Assembly (NCBI GenBank): GCA_034520965.1
Contig: JAXHMY010000003.1
Coordinates: forward strand, 1 to 64,000
Reading direction: 5' to 3'
DNA length: 64,000 nt
DNA from: Spirochaetia bacterium
GTDB lineage: Bacteria; Spirochaetota; Spirochaetia; DSM-16054; Sediminispirochaetaceae
Part shown: positions 63,151 through 64,000 of the stretch, piece after piece
Layout: each line of letters starts with the position of its first letter
Position numbering within the stretch: position 1 is the first letter of the stretch
Notes under the pieces: generated by a model
What the model saw: only the letters and a program-made list of their open reading frames with translations
What the model was told of the DNA's origin: nothing
Database searches by the model: none
Position numbers and translations under genes: made by a program

Positions 63151-64000
63151 TGCAGAATCCGGACCAATCCGGACACCAATTCCGTTTCAAAACGGACAGT
63201 CATTCCGGCGCAAAGCGGACACCGATTCCGGGAATAAACGGACAGTTTTTTTGCTGACGCCGGAATAATTTACGGTAAGAACAATCCTCGAAAAGTCGCT
63301 ACACTTCTGCTCAAACATACAATAAAGCAGGAGTACTATGGCACGAGCGAGGATTACTATGAGACAGCTACGAAAGATCTTGGAATACTCCCTCGAGAGC
63401 AGGCTGAGCCTGCGTGAGGTTGCTACGCTCACCGGAGCATCCAAGACTACCATCAGTGAGTATCTGGCCCGCTTCAGGAATAGCGGGATTACTTATCAAG
63501 ATAGTTTGACGATGTGCGATCAGCAGCTGATCGAACTGTTCGAAGAGAAAAAGGAGGCAGAGAGCGAAGCTTACAAAGCTTTGGTTGCCCTTTTTCCCGC
63601 CTATGAGGTGAAACTGAAAAAGAAAGGCATGACTCGGCAATTGCTTTGGCAGGAGTACCGCAGAGCTCATCCTGAGGGGTATCTCTATAGCCAGTTTTGC
63701 CATCACTTGAGAACATGGAGGGACAGCCTCGATGTAACAATGCACCAACACCACGAGCCTGGCGACAAAGCTTTTCTCGACTACACCGGTACGAGGTTTC
63801 CCTACTGGGATCGAGAGGGCGGAGAGCAGAAGAAGGCTGAGGTGTTTGTTGCCATTCTCGGAGCAAGTGGGCTGACCTATGTGGAGGCCAGTAGGAGTCA
63901 GGAAAAGGAGGAGTTTGTTCGATCCACCGAGCGAGCACTTCTCTACTACGGCGGTGTCCCCCGTGCCTTGGTGCCGGACAATCTCAAAAGCGCCGTAAAG
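63151..64000 (+). mobile_element. IS21-family element (second type), truncated by the window end
   Basis: TG start; tandem CGGACA...ATTCCG subterminal repeats; istA follows. Confidence 0.88.
63338..64000 (+). CDS. istA: IstA transposase (partial)
   Basis: MRQLRKILE HTH; LLWQEY; MHQHHEPGDKAFLDYTG; VPDNLKSAV. Confidence 0.9.
   Translation, partial: MARARITMRQLRKILEYSLESRLSLREVATLTGASKTTISEYLARFRNSGITYQDSLTMCDQQLIELFEEKKEAESEAYKALVALFPAYEVKLKKKGMTRQLLWQEYRRAHPEGYLYSQFCHHLRTWRDSLDVTMHQHHEPGDKAFLDYTGTRFPYWDREGGEQKKAEVFVAILGASGLTYVEASRSQEKEEFVRSTERALLYYGGVPRALVPDNLKSAVK

Larger units (their letters stand above)
39170..64000 (-). mobile_element. integron gene-cassette array (integrase and attI not in window)
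   Basis: Recurring ~135-bp imperfect palindromes with R''/L''/L'/R' architecture between AT-rich co-oriented genes; matching cassette-end sequences. Confidence 0.95.

Noticed and set aside
1..64000. Integron integrase, tRNA or rRNA genes
   Set aside because: No tyrosine-recombinase motifs in any ORF and no tRNA or rRNA sequence recognised by eye.

Overview
Bacterial chromosomal window, probably a free-living spirochaete (inferred from lipoprotein signal peptides and gene content). Bases 1-39,100 are mostly ordinary genes: iorAB, nitronate monooxygenase, Fe-alcohol dehydrogenase, MFS, AarF/UbiB kinase plus phasin, a PhrB-like photolyase, histidine kinases, a class III cyclase, a TPR/lipoprotein/LuxR cluster and a GNAT. 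This half also holds a patch of decayed toxin-antitoxin and AAA-ATPase genes (26.4-30.7 kb) and an unexplained GC-rich intergenic repeat (2.2-4.4 kb). From about 39,170 to the window end is an AT-rich integron cassette array on the minus strand, with 11 complete or near-complete ~135-bp attC sites plus 3 partial ones. No integrase or attI is visible; they would lie beyond 64,000. Cassettes encode Pycsar, a SoFic-like Fic protein, three TA systems, an AAA ATPase, two paralogous methyltransferases, a NERD nuclease, an esterase lipoprotein, and a TcmP-like plus radical-SAM gene pair that is my best candidate for an undescribed defence or DNA-modification system. The array is heavily invaded by two IS21, one IS1634 and a group II intron inside tcmP, which is itself interrupted by one and a half IS66 copies. 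Many genes carry single frameshifts, which probably reflect uncorrected long-read indels, so pseudogene calls are tentative.
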